NCBI GenBank assembly: GCA_963676565.1
Contig: OY781089.1
Span: 2,912,001-2,976,000 of the forward strand
Direction of reading: 5' to 3'
Length of the DNA stretch: 64,000 nt
DNA from: Halarcobacter sp.
GTDB taxonomy: Bacteria > Campylobacterota > Campylobacteria > Campylobacterales > Arcobacteraceae
In this document: one piece after another, positions 37,312 to 46,321 of the stretch
Position numbering within the stretch: the stretch's first letter is position 1
How the letters are laid out: each line of letters opens with the position of its first letter
Position numbers and translations under genes: made by a program
The notes under the pieces: model-generated
The model's input: the letters and a program-made list of their open reading frames with translations, nothing else
Told to the model about the DNA's origin: nothing
Database searches by the model: none

Positions 37312-38196
37312 TTAATCCTTCTTTGAAGAGACTAAAACTCCACTGAAAACTATCAGCATTATACCTAAGATAATCCAAATATCAGGAAAAGCATCACCTA
37401 GCATAAGGCCAATCAAAATTGAAAAAGCGATATTTGCATATGAAATAGTTCCTATAATTCCAGCTTTTGCAACAGAATAAGCCTTTGTCATATAAATTTG
37501 TGCAAAGGTAGCAACTATTCCAAGTAATATAATAAATAACCAATCTTCAGATTTTGGCATAACAAATTTAGCAAAAACAAAATCTAAACTAGGGTTTGTG
37601 TAAAATTCTGAAATTATCATTAAAATAATAGGACCTAATGTTCCAATTCCCATAAACGATAAAACAATAGTTCTGCCATCATAAAACTTTCTAAGCTCTC
37701 TAATTGAAGTGTATGCAAGCCCTGCTCCAACACCACATAAAATACCTAGCCAATCAGTTTTATCTAAAGATGAACCATCAAACTTTGTTATAAACAAAAT
37801 TCCTATAAATCCAATAAATACACCAAGCCAACCTTTAAAACCAATTTTCTCTTTTACAAAAATATAAGCAAAAATTGCAGTAAAAATAGTAGAAGTTCTA
37901 GAAAAAGTCATTGCTTCCCCTAAAGGGATATTTGCAATATTATAAAAAAACATCAAAAGTGCAGTAAATCCAGCTAAACCTCTAAATATCAACAACCAAG
38001 GTTTTCCACCAACTTGCTTTACGGGTTTTCTGTATATTGAAATTAAAATTAAAAAAACTCCAAAAACATTCCTAAAAAATACAACTTCTAAAGAACTCAT
38101 TGAATTACTTAGTTCTTTTGCGAAAGCTCCCATTAGGGCAAATAAAAAAGAGGCAAAAAGCATATACTTTATGCCTAAAGATACATCATTAGTCAT
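37312..38196 (-). CDS. DMT/EamA family transporter
   Basis: About 10 TM helices, EVVFFR, KEKIG. Confidence 0.9.
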   Translation of the reverse strand: MTNDVSLGIKYMLFASFLFALMGAFAKELSNSMSSLEVVFFRNVFGVFLILISIYRKPVKQVGGKPWLLIFRGLAGFTALLMFFYNIANIPLGEAMTFSRTSTIFTAIFAYIFVKEKIGFKGWLGVFIGFIGILFITKFDGSSLDKTDWLGILCGVGAGLAYTSIRELRKFYDGRTIVLSFMGIGTLGPIILMIISEFYTNPSLDFVFAKFVMPKSEDWLFIILLGIVATFAQIYMTKAYSVAKAGIIGTISYANIAFSILIGLMLGDAFPDIWIILGIMLIVFSGVLVSSKKD

Positions 38197-38342
38197 TAAA
38201 CGTCCTCTAAAAAACGAATTTTAGTCACTTTGCAGTTAAAGGTTTATTATTAATTAACTTAAATTTAAAAATTAATATTTTTAGTTTCATTTGGGTAAAA
38301 TTATTAAAATTTTAAAGATAATAGATGTTTATAGGAAAATAA

Positions 38343-39608
38343 TTGGAATACTTAAAGATTAATGGTGAATCAAAACTAACTGGTGAGGTTGAAATCTCTG
38401 GAGCAAAAAACGCTGCATTACCCCTAATAGCAGCAACAATTTTAGCAAAAAATGAAATTAGCATTTGTAATATGCCTAATGTTGTTGATATTAATACATT
38501 ATTAAAACTTATTGATAAACTTGGTGGAACTTTCAAAAAAGAAGAAACATGTATCAAAATTGATACTTCTAAACTAAGTAAAACAACTGCAACATACGAT
38601 ATTGTAAAAACTATGAGAGCCTCAATTTTAGTTCTAGGACCTATTTTAGCTAGATTTGGTCATTGTGAAGTTTCACTTCCAGGTGGTTGTGCAATTGGCC
38701 AAAGACCAGTAGATTTACACCTAAAAGCACTTGAAGCAATGGGCGCACAAATAAAAATAAATCATGGATATATTGAAGCTACTGCTCCTAATGGTCTGAA
38801 AGGAACAAAAATTGTATTCGATAAAGTTACTGTTGGTGGAACTGAGAATACTGTAATGGCTGCAGCTTTAGCAGATGGTGTTACAACTATTATAAATGCG
38901 GCAAAAGAGCCTGAAGTTCAACAACTTTGTGAAGTTATAAGAGATGCTGGGGTTTTAATAGAAGGAATAGGAACTGATACTTTAATTATTCACGGAACAA
39001 ATAGAAAACTTTTAGAGTTTAAAGATTTTGATGTTATTCCAGATAGAATTGAAGCAGGAACGTACCTTTGTGCAGCAGCAATTACAAATTCGAAACTAAA
39101 AATAAGTAAGGTTAATCCTATTCACCTTGAAGCGATACTTTCAAAACTTGAAGAGATGAACTTTGAACTTATTCAAGATGAAACGTCAATAACTGTATTA
39201 CCAACAGATGAGATTAAACCTGTAAATATTGTAACAAGAGAATATCCAGGTTTCCCAACAGATATGCAAGCTCAATTTATGGCATTGGCAACTCAAGCAA
39301 ATGGTACAAGTACAATTGATGAGAGACTATTTGAAAATAGATTTATGCATGTTAGTGAGTTACTAAGACTTGGTGCAGATATCCATTTAAATGGAAATAT
39401 AGCAACAATTAATGGAAAAGCTAATTCACTTAATGGAACTGATGTTATGGCTACAGATTTAAGAGCTTCATCAGCATTGGTTTTATCAGCTTTAGTAGCA
39501 AAGGGAGAAACATCAATTCACAGAATCTATCACCTAGATAGAGGATATGAAGATTTAGAAGGAAAATTAAATCAAATTGGTGCAAAAGTTGATAGGTTTA
39601 ATGAATAG
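38343..39608 (+). CDS. murA: UDP-N-acetylglucosamine enolpyruvyl transferase
   Basis: [37 protein letters not shown]. Confidence 0.98.
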   Translation: MEYLKINGESKLTGEVEISGAKNAALPLIAATILAKNEISICNMPNVVDINTLLKLIDKLGGTFKKEETCIKIDTSKLSKTTATYDIVKTMRASILVLGPILARFGHCEVSLPGGCAIGQRPVDLHLKALEAMGAQIKINHGYIEATAPNGLKGTKIVFDKVTVGGTENTVMAAALADGVTTIINAAKEPEVQQLCEVIRDAGVLIEGIGTDTLIIHGTNRKLLEFKDFDVIPDRIEAGTYLCAAAITNSKLKISKVNPIHLEAILSKLEEMNFELIQDETSITVLPTDEIKPVNIVTREYPGFPTDMQAQFMALATQANGTSTIDERLFENRFMHVSELLRLGADIHLNGNIATINGKANSLNGTDVMATDLRASSALVLSALVAKGETSIHRIYHLDRGYEDLEGKLNQIGAKVDRFNE

Positions 39609-39655
39609 TTAGGATAAAAATAAAACAAAATTGAAATAATAAAAAAGGCTGTTAA

Positions 39656-40753
39656 ATGAAGTTAGAAATTTCTCTATTTAGATTTGATTATAAATCAGAT
39701 TATTTACCGTATTACACAAAAAACTTTATCAAAGTTGATAAACAAAAAACACTGTTGGATATTTTAAATACAATAAATCAAGAATACCCTTTTGGATATG
39801 AAAAGAGTACAGATTTTAATGTAGTAGTAAATGGTGTATACTTAACATTAGGTATTTCAATTGATGAATTGGTGGATAATTTTGGGAAAGATTTAACAAT
39901 AGAGCCAATCTCAATTAGAAGAGCACATACAGACCTTTTAATAAATCAAGCTGATTTTGAAGATAGATTAAAAGTTTTAAGTGAATTTATTGATGAAGAA
40001 GATAAAAAAATTTATGAAGATTATAAAATTTATTTTTATGCTTCAAATACAATAAACTATGAGTATGATTATATTGGTGATTCAATTTTATTACTTGCTT
40101 ATGATTTAATTGAAAAAAACCCTTCAAATGAAAAAGAGATTTTAGAGGCTTTAAATGAATATGAGTGTTCAGCTTCATATCATACAAGTTTACAAAATAG
40201 AGTTTATAAAATTGACTCTTCAATTGAAGAAAAAATATCTAAAATCAAAAACAAATTAGGTTTAACAAAACCAGTTAATGAACAAGACTTATTTTTAGAA
40301 AAGAAAAACCCTATAGATTTTGGAACTTTTGATGAAACAAAAGAGATTAAACATGATTTCTCTGATTTTAATTTAGCATACTTCAAAGGTATTGAAACTG
40401 ATGAACAAACAAATAAACTAATAGCTAATTTAAATGCAAAAATTATAAACACTCCATTATCTAATATTGATTTAGCTTTAGATACCTTTCATTTAAATAG
40501 TGATTTTACAATGAAACTAGCATCAAATGTTATGTTAGAAGCATTTGATAATGGAGCTGATTTGATAATTGTTGATGATGAAAATATATTTAATCTATTT
40601 GATTCAAATAGAAGAAGTTTAGAAAATGCTTGTGGAAGAGAGATTCCAATTCCTGTACTTCATAAAAATGAATTACAAAAACTTGCATGCGCAGAACATG
40701 AAAGTGTAAAAGAGAGTTTATCAAAACATATTATTGACCCTGAAATAATTTAA
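39656..40753 (+). CDS. Conserved Campylobacterota protein (DUF5644-like; SdhB-N/HdrB-C-like folds)
   Basis: LFRFDYKSDYLPYY N-terminus; AFDNGAD...GREIPIPVLH C-terminus. Confidence 0.6.
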   Translation: MKLEISLFRFDYKSDYLPYYTKNFIKVDKQKTLLDILNTINQEYPFGYEKSTDFNVVVNGVYLTLGISIDELVDNFGKDLTIEPISIRRAHTDLLINQADFEDRLKVLSEFIDEEDKKIYEDYKIYFYASNTINYEYDYIGDSILLLAYDLIEKNPSNEKEILEALNEYECSASYHTSLQNRVYKIDSSIEEKISKIKNKLGLTKPVNEQDLFLEKKNPIDFGTFDETKEIKHDFSDFNLAYFKGIETDEQTNKLIANLNAKIINTPLSNIDLALDTFHLNSDFTMKLASNVMLEAFDNGADLIIVDDENIFNLFDSNRRSLENACGREIPIPVLHKNELQKLACAEHESVKESLSKHIIDPEII

Positions 40754-40761
40754 GGATACAA

Positions 40762-41382
40762 ATGTTTCTTGATTTCAAGTTTGTATTTTTTGGTTCTTTA
40801 ATAACCTTAAGCTTAATACCTTTGTATATCTATAGAAAAGAGATATACAAAAGGTTTTCAAAAAAAGGGAATCTAAAAGTATTTATAAAAGATTTAAATG
40901 CCTATTTGACATATAACTATCCAAAAATAAACTTTAATTTTGATATTGTTGAAAAACTTGATGAAAAAGACTTACTAAAAACAAAACAAATTTTGATTAT
41001 CGAAGATTTAACCAGACAATTTGTATACTTTGAATATGAACTTAGTACGCAAAAAAGTGTATCTAAAGAGAAACTTTGGAGTTCATACGATCAAAATTCT
41101 ACTTTACATAAAGATAATAAATTTCCTGTAGATTGGCCTCAAAGAAAAGAAGCTGCATGGAATAGAGAAGAAGGTAAATGTAATAGATGTGGTACTAAAA
41201 CTAAGCTTGTAGATGCAAATGCTCTACTTGCTAAACAGATGAAAAATGGTGGTGGCTTTAATCTTGAAAATGTTGTAATCTTATGTAATGATTGTGCGAG
41301 AATTATAAAATCTCAAAATTTAGAAAAAACAAAAAAAGATTTAAACTTTTTAGATAAACTTATGAAAAAAGTTTCATACTAG
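40762..41382 (+). CDS. Membrane-anchored protein with degenerate HNH-like Zn domain
   Basis: N-terminal TM; CNRCG...GG...LENVVILCNDC with no catalytic His. Confidence 0.6.
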   Translation: MFLDFKFVFFGSLITLSLIPLYIYRKEIYKRFSKKGNLKVFIKDLNAYLTYNYPKINFNFDIVEKLDEKDLLKTKQILIIEDLTRQFVYFEYELSTQKSVSKEKLWSSYDQNSTLHKDNKFPVDWPQRKEAAWNREEGKCNRCGTKTKLVDANALLAKQMKNGGGFNLENVVILCNDCARIIKSQNLEKTKKDLNFLDKLMKKVSY

Positions 41383-42866
41383 TTTATATTAAAATATTTT
41401 TTCATTCTTAACTTATGTTTCTCTTCATTTGTTAATTGATTTTTTGAAACCTGTGAAGAGTTTTTCAACCCTTTTTTTGATTTATCTTTAGCATTTAAAA
41501 TCAATAAAACTTTTTCTAAAAACTCATCCTCTAAACTTTTTAATTTTGATAATTCTTCCCTTATATAAGTCAAATCTTTGTTTAATGGAACAACATAAGG
41601 TGTTATTATTACAACTAGACTTTTATTTTGCACATCATTTAGCCTATTTTTAAATAACTCACCAATTAATGGAATATCTCCTGCAATTGGTATTTTTTCA
41701 ACAGATTTTTGATTTTTATTTTCTATTAAACCTCCTAGAATGACACTTTCACCGTTGTTTACAACAGCTGTTGTTCTTAACTCTTTTTTAGAAGTATTAG
41801 GGTTTGAGTTTGTATAATTCTCATTTTTTATACCTTCTAAAATAGTATCTATTTGAATTAAAACTTTATTTTCTTTAGAAACTCTTGGTTTTACTTTTAA
41901 AGTCAAACCTACATCTTCCCTTTCAAAATTTGTTTTTGTAGTTCCACCATCAGTTGTTGTACTTCCCGTTTGAATAGAGATAGTTTCCCCTACATATATT
42001 GAACTTTGCTTATTGTTTATACATAAAATTGAAGGTTGAGATATAATATCCAAGGCATATGTTTTATTTAAAAGATTTAAACTAGCCCCTAAAGCAATAG
42101 ATGAACTTACATTTGGAATTTGTATATTTAAACTACTTGTATCAATTGCAATTGCTTCCCCTAGATTTAAATTTGAAGCAAAGGTATATAAACCTCCACT
42201 AAAAGCTTTTCCTCCAAAAATGCCAAATCTTAACCCCACATCTTGTAAAAGATTGTTGTTTAGCTCTATTATATTTGCCTTAATATAAACTTGCTTTTTC
42301 TCAACATCTAATTTACTAATAAGTGTCTTTAAATTTTTGACCTCATCATAATTTCCATCAATAATAATTGAATTGAACTCTTCATCTATTGCTATTGTAG
42401 TTTTTTCTTCCCTTTTAGCAATTACCTCTTTTAATATTTTTTCAAGATTTTTAGCTTCTATATTTGAGAGAAAAACAACTTCTGTATTAATATCTTTTTT
42501 TATACTTTTTGTTATATTTTTACTAATAATTTTATTTTGTTTTTGGACTACTTTTCTTCTAATTGGTGTTAAAACTTTAAAATCACTTTTTACAACCCTT
42601 AAAATATTGTCACTTTCAATTAATTTATAACCATTTGATTCTAAACTAAATTTTAATATTGACAAAAGTTTACTCTTTTCAATTGGTTCATTTGAGATAA
42701 AATCTACTTCACCCTCAATTGAATCAGTAACAAGAATACTTTTATTGATACTTTTTGATGTTACATCAATAAGTTCTTTTAGTTTTAAACCTTTAAAGTT
42801 TATATTTATTAGTTCACTAGAGAATAAATTTGTAAGTAATAATAAAAGAAGAAAAAATAGTTTCAT
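41379..42866 (-). CDS. Secretin (GspD/PulD-like)
   Basis: ININFK..L, QVYIKANIIE, VGLTLKVKP, GESVILGGLI, KIPIAGDIPLIGELF. Confidence 0.9.
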   Translation of the reverse strand: MKLFFLLLLLLTNLFSSELININFKGLKLKELIDVTSKSINKSILVTDSIEGEVDFISNEPIEKSKLLSILKFSLESNGYKLIESDNILRVVKSDFKVLTPIRRKVVQKQNKIISKNITKSIKKDINTEVVFLSNIEAKNLEKILKEVIAKREEKTTIAIDEEFNSIIIDGNYDEVKNLKTLISKLDVEKKQVYIKANIIELNNNLLQDVGLRFGIFGGKAFSGGLYTFASNLNLGEAIAIDTSSLNIQIPNVSSSIALGASLNLLNKTYALDIISQPSILCINNKQSSIYVGETISIQTGSTTTDGGTTKTNFEREDVGLTLKVKPRVSKENKVLIQIDTILEGIKNENYTNSNPNTSKKELRTTAVVNNGESVILGGLIENKNQKSVEKIPIAGDIPLIGELFKNRLNDVQNKSLVVIITPYVVPLNKDLTYIREELSKLKSLEDEFLEKVLLILNAKDKSKKGLKNSSQVSKNQLTNEEKHKLRMKKYFNIN

Positions 42867-42916
42867 AAAGTTTCCAAAATAATTTTAACAATTATAATAA
42901 AAGCTTACTTATAATT

Positions 42917-43498
42917 TTATTTATTATTTAAGATTTCAACTTCCCTTGGTAGTTGAGCTTCTAAACTCGTTTTTTGTTCTAAGCTAAGAGATAAAGTAAG
43001 AATCACACTATTTGTAAACTCTTTATTGGAAATTTGTATATCAAATTGATTTAGAATATATTCAACTTTCGAAAGTATTGAGTAATCTAATTGAATAATC
43101 ATATTTTCAAGTTTTTTATAGGTATGAAGTTCTGAGTTTTCAATCACTAAGTTTACTGCATCACTATAAGCTCTTACAAGTCCACCAGTTCCTAATTTGA
43201 TTCCACCAAAATATCTAACAATTATAACTGCACTATCAATTATTTCATGTCCTGCTAAAACATTTAATGATGGTTTTCCACTAGTTCCCTTAGGCTCACC
43301 ATCATCACTACAATTTTCAACTATTTGGTCAAACTCATTTAAATATCTATAGGCATACACATGATGTCTAGCTTTTGGATGCTCTTTTTTTAATCTTTGC
43401 ATAACTTCATCAAAATTATCATATGGCATAATATAAGCTATAAATTTTGATTTTTTTTCCTCGTAGCATTGCGTGAACTCATTTTTTACAAAAAACAA
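42917..43498 (-). CDS. yigZ: IMPACT/YigZ family protein
   Basis: KKSKFIA, SDDGEPKGTSG, VRYFGGIKLGTGGLVRAY. Confidence 0.93.
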   Translation of the reverse strand: MFFVKNEFTQCYEEKKSKFIAYIMPYDNFDEVMQRLKKEHPKARHHVYAYRYLNEFDQIVENCSDDGEPKGTSGKPSLNVLAGHEIIDSAVIIVRYFGGIKLGTGGLVRAYSDAVNLVIENSELHTYKKLENMIIQLDYSILSKVEYILNQFDIQISNKEFTNSVILTLSLSLEQKTSLEAQLPREVEILNNK

Positions 43499-43597
43499 AC
43501 TTCAAATTATCCTTATTTTTTAGATTTTTCTTTATATTATACTTAATTTATTTAAACCTAACCAAAAAATAACTTAGTTTTAATTATAATTTCATCC

Positions 43598-44305
43598 ATG
43601 AGACTAGACCTATATCTTACAAAAAACTTTGATATTCAAAGCAGAAATAAAGCAAGCGAAATAATAAAAACCAATAAAATAAAAATCGATGGCAAAATTA
43701 TTACGAAACCCTCTTTTAATGTTGAAGACTCAATGAATGTTGAAATTTTAGAAGATGATTTTTATGTAAGTAGAGCTGCATATAAACTAAAATATTTTTT
43801 AGAAGAAATTAATATTGATTTAGAAAATAAAAATTCTTTAGATATAGGAAGTAGTACTGGAGGCTTTACACAAATATTGCTTGAGAATAATGTATCAGGT
43901 GTAACTTGTGTTGATGTTGGTTCTAATCAATTACATGAAAGAATAAAAGAGGATAAAAGAATTAAATTCTTTGAAAATCAGGATATTAGAACCTTTCAAA
44001 GTAATGAAATTTTTGAAATTGTAACTTGTGATGTTTCTTTTATCTCAATTTTAAATATTATCAACGATATAAATAGATTGTCAAGCAACAAAATAATAAT
44101 ACTTTTTAAACCACAGTTTGAAGTTGGAACAAATGTAAAAAGGGATAAAAAAGGTGTTGTAAAAGATAAAAAAGCTATATTACAAGCAAGAGATAAATTC
44201 TTAGAAGAAACAAAAAAATTAAATTGGAACTTGGAAAAAAGTTCAATGAGTAAACTTGAAGGAAAAGATGGAAATGAAGAAGAGCTCTTCTATTTTAATA
44301 AATAA
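43598..44305 (+). CDS. tlyA: TlyA rRNA 2'-O-methyltransferase
   Basis: S4 domain, YVSRAAYKL, LDIGSSTGGFT, DVSFIS, KPQFE. Confidence 0.95.
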   Translation: MRLDLYLTKNFDIQSRNKASEIIKTNKIKIDGKIITKPSFNVEDSMNVEILEDDFYVSRAAYKLKYFLEEINIDLENKNSLDIGSSTGGFTQILLENNVSGVTCVDVGSNQLHERIKEDKRIKFFENQDIRTFQSNEIFEIVTCDVSFISILNIINDINRLSSNKIIILFKPQFEVGTNVKRDKKGVVKDKKAILQARDKFLEETKKLNWNLEKSSMSKLEGKDGNEEELFYFNK

Positions 44306-45113
44306 AAGTTCAATTACAGCAATTGCAATTGGTGGATTTGATGGGATGCACCTAGCACACCAAGAACTTTTCAAACACTTAGGAGAAAATGGAGGAATTG
44401 TTTCGATTGAATCTGATTATGCAAATTTAACTCCAAAAACTTTTAGACAAGAGTATTCTGTCTATCCAATCTATTATTATGTATTAGCAAATATCAAACA
44501 CCTATCAGGGGAAGAGTTTATAAGATTAATAAAAGAGGAATTCCCAAAGTTAGAAAAGATAGTTGTAGGTTTTGATTTTTGTTTTGGGAAAAATAGAAAA
44601 AACTGCACAGAAGAATTGAAAAAACTTTTTAATGGAGAGGTTATTGTTGTCCAAGAGTTTACATTAAATGGAATCCCCGTACACTCAAGGCATATTAGAG
44701 AATTTTTAAATGATGGCTTAATAAAAAAAGCAAATAAATTTTTAGGAAAAGAGTATAAAATCTTTGGTAAACAGATAAAAGGACAAGGTTTAGGTTCTAA
44801 AAGTTTTGTTCCAACTATTAACTTAAATGTTGATGAGTTTTTACTTCCTAAAGAGGGTGTTTATATAACAAAAACAATCCTAAATGAAGAAGAATATGAT
44901 TCAATTACTTTTTTAGGACATAGGAAAACAACTGATGATTCCTTTGCAGTTGAAACTCATATTTTAAATAAAGAGATAAAAAACAAATTTTCAACAGTTC
45001 AAATAAAATTTGTAGATAGAATTAGAGACAATAAAAAATTTGACTCTTTTGAAGATTTAAAAAATCAAATTGAGCTGGACATATCTTGTGCAAAATCATT
45101 TTTTGATAAATAA
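44274..45113 (+). CDS. ribF: Bifunctional riboflavin kinase/FAD synthetase
   Basis: IGGFDGMHLAHQ, VGFDFCFG, PTINL, VETHIL; start taken as ATG 44274. Confidence 0.94.
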   Translation: MKKSSSILINKSSITAIAIGGFDGMHLAHQELFKHLGENGGIVSIESDYANLTPKTFRQEYSVYPIYYYVLANIKHLSGEEFIRLIKEEFPKLEKIVVGFDFCFGKNRKNCTEELKKLFNGEVIVVQEFTLNGIPVHSRHIREFLNDGLIKKANKFLGKEYKIFGKQIKGQGLGSKSFVPTINLNVDEFLLPKEGVYITKTILNEEEYDSITFLGHRKTTDDSFAVETHILNKEIKNKFSTVQIKFVDRIRDNKKFDSFEDLKNQIELDISCAKSFFDK

Positions 45114-45147
45114 AAAAGATAGTATAATACTTTATACTATCTTTTTT
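45112..45147. terminator. Bidirectional intrinsic terminator
   Basis: AAAAAAGATAGTATAA-tact-TTATACTATCTTTTTT between convergent genes. Confidence 0.75.
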
Positions 45148-45156
45148 CACTAAAAT

Positions 45157-46179
45157 TTATTTATTTCTTACACACCTAACATAATTACTGACATTTTTAA
45201 AATCAGCATATCCATCACCATTATCAAAAAAAATACTCCATGCAAGTTCACTATTCATAGAATTTGTTGTATCACTCCAATACCAATTAGAACCAACATT
45301 CTTTAAATATTCTTTTTGTAATGAAAGATTTTTTAATTCATCTTTTGTAGGCATTCGCCAATCTTTGAAATCTCCAAGAATAAGTTCTTTGCAATAAGTT
45401 GCTGCAGTATCACCTTTTGTATCAGAATATTTTTTATTTTTGTAGTTTTCTTTTGTTAACCAAGGTTTTATATTTTTTAAAACCATATTATCATCTTGCC
45501 AAATAAGGTTTTGTTTTTTGTCTATATAAAGTTTTTCTTTTCTTTCTTTTTCAATTTTCTTTTTTCTTAATTTCTCTTTTCTTAACTCTTCTTTTCTTAA
45601 TTTCTCTTTTCTTAACTTTTCTTCTTCAATTTTTTTTATAGCTATTCTTCTTTTTTCTGCTTCTATATCAAATTCTAAAGTTATATTCATTTTTGTATCT
45701 TGATTTAATTCAACATCCAAACTTTTATTTAAGTATTTATCAGCTTTTATATTAATTTTATAATTACCCTCTACTAATCTTTTATTAGGTTCATATGTTT
45801 CATTATTAATCATTATTGTTGAAGTGGAAGGATTAACGCTCAAAGTTAAAAAATATGTTTTTTTAGTTTCAATATCATCAAAACTTATCCAAACATCATT
45901 TTTAAGATTATTACTTTCATTTTTCTCCAATCGTAGAAAATTCTCTTTAATATCTACAACATTATACTCTTCACCTCTTTTTAAAACTTGTAATACTTTT
46001 TTATCTACTTTATAGGTATCATATGTTTCTGCATCATTTTTAATATATATTTTTTGTGTAATATTTTTCTGATTTAACATAGTTTGTAATGCCTTTTGAG
46101 AAGGTAAACAACCGCTCATAAAAGACATAATAAAAATACCTAAAAATAATTGAATTATTTTTTTTATTTTTTTTATCAT
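45157..46179 (-). CDS. Lipoprotein with PEGA-like and C-terminal DUF1566 domain
   Basis: Lipobox MSGC; LIWQD...YCKEL..GDFKDWRMPTKDEL...YWS...VRCVR. Confidence 0.8.
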   Translation of the reverse strand: MIKKIKKIIQLFLGIFIMSFMSGCLPSQKALQTMLNQKNITQKIYIKNDAETYDTYKVDKKVLQVLKRGEEYNVVDIKENFLRLEKNESNNLKNDVWISFDDIETKKTYFLTLSVNPSTSTIMINNETYEPNKRLVEGNYKINIKADKYLNKSLDVELNQDTKMNITLEFDIEAEKRRIAIKKIEEEKLRKEKLRKEELRKEKLRKKKIEKERKEKLYIDKKQNLIWQDDNMVLKNIKPWLTKENYKNKKYSDTKGDTAATYCKELILGDFKDWRMPTKDELKNLSLQKEYLKNVGSNWYWSDTTNSMNSELAWSIFFDNGDGYADFKNVSNYVRCVRNK

Positions 46180-46321
46180 TTGCTCCCATTTAATATTTTT
46201 AATGTTAATTATAACGAATTTTCATTAATCACAAATTATATAAGCTCACCTTGATAAGCAGATTTGGAGCAATTTTTCTGTACAATTATATCTTTAAATA
46301 TTATCTATATAAGGAATCTAT

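Noticed and set aside
41379..42866. Orphan secretin as a novel secretion system
   Set aside because: It lies among core genes; dispersed competence/T2SS-like secretins are ordinary in Campylobacterota.
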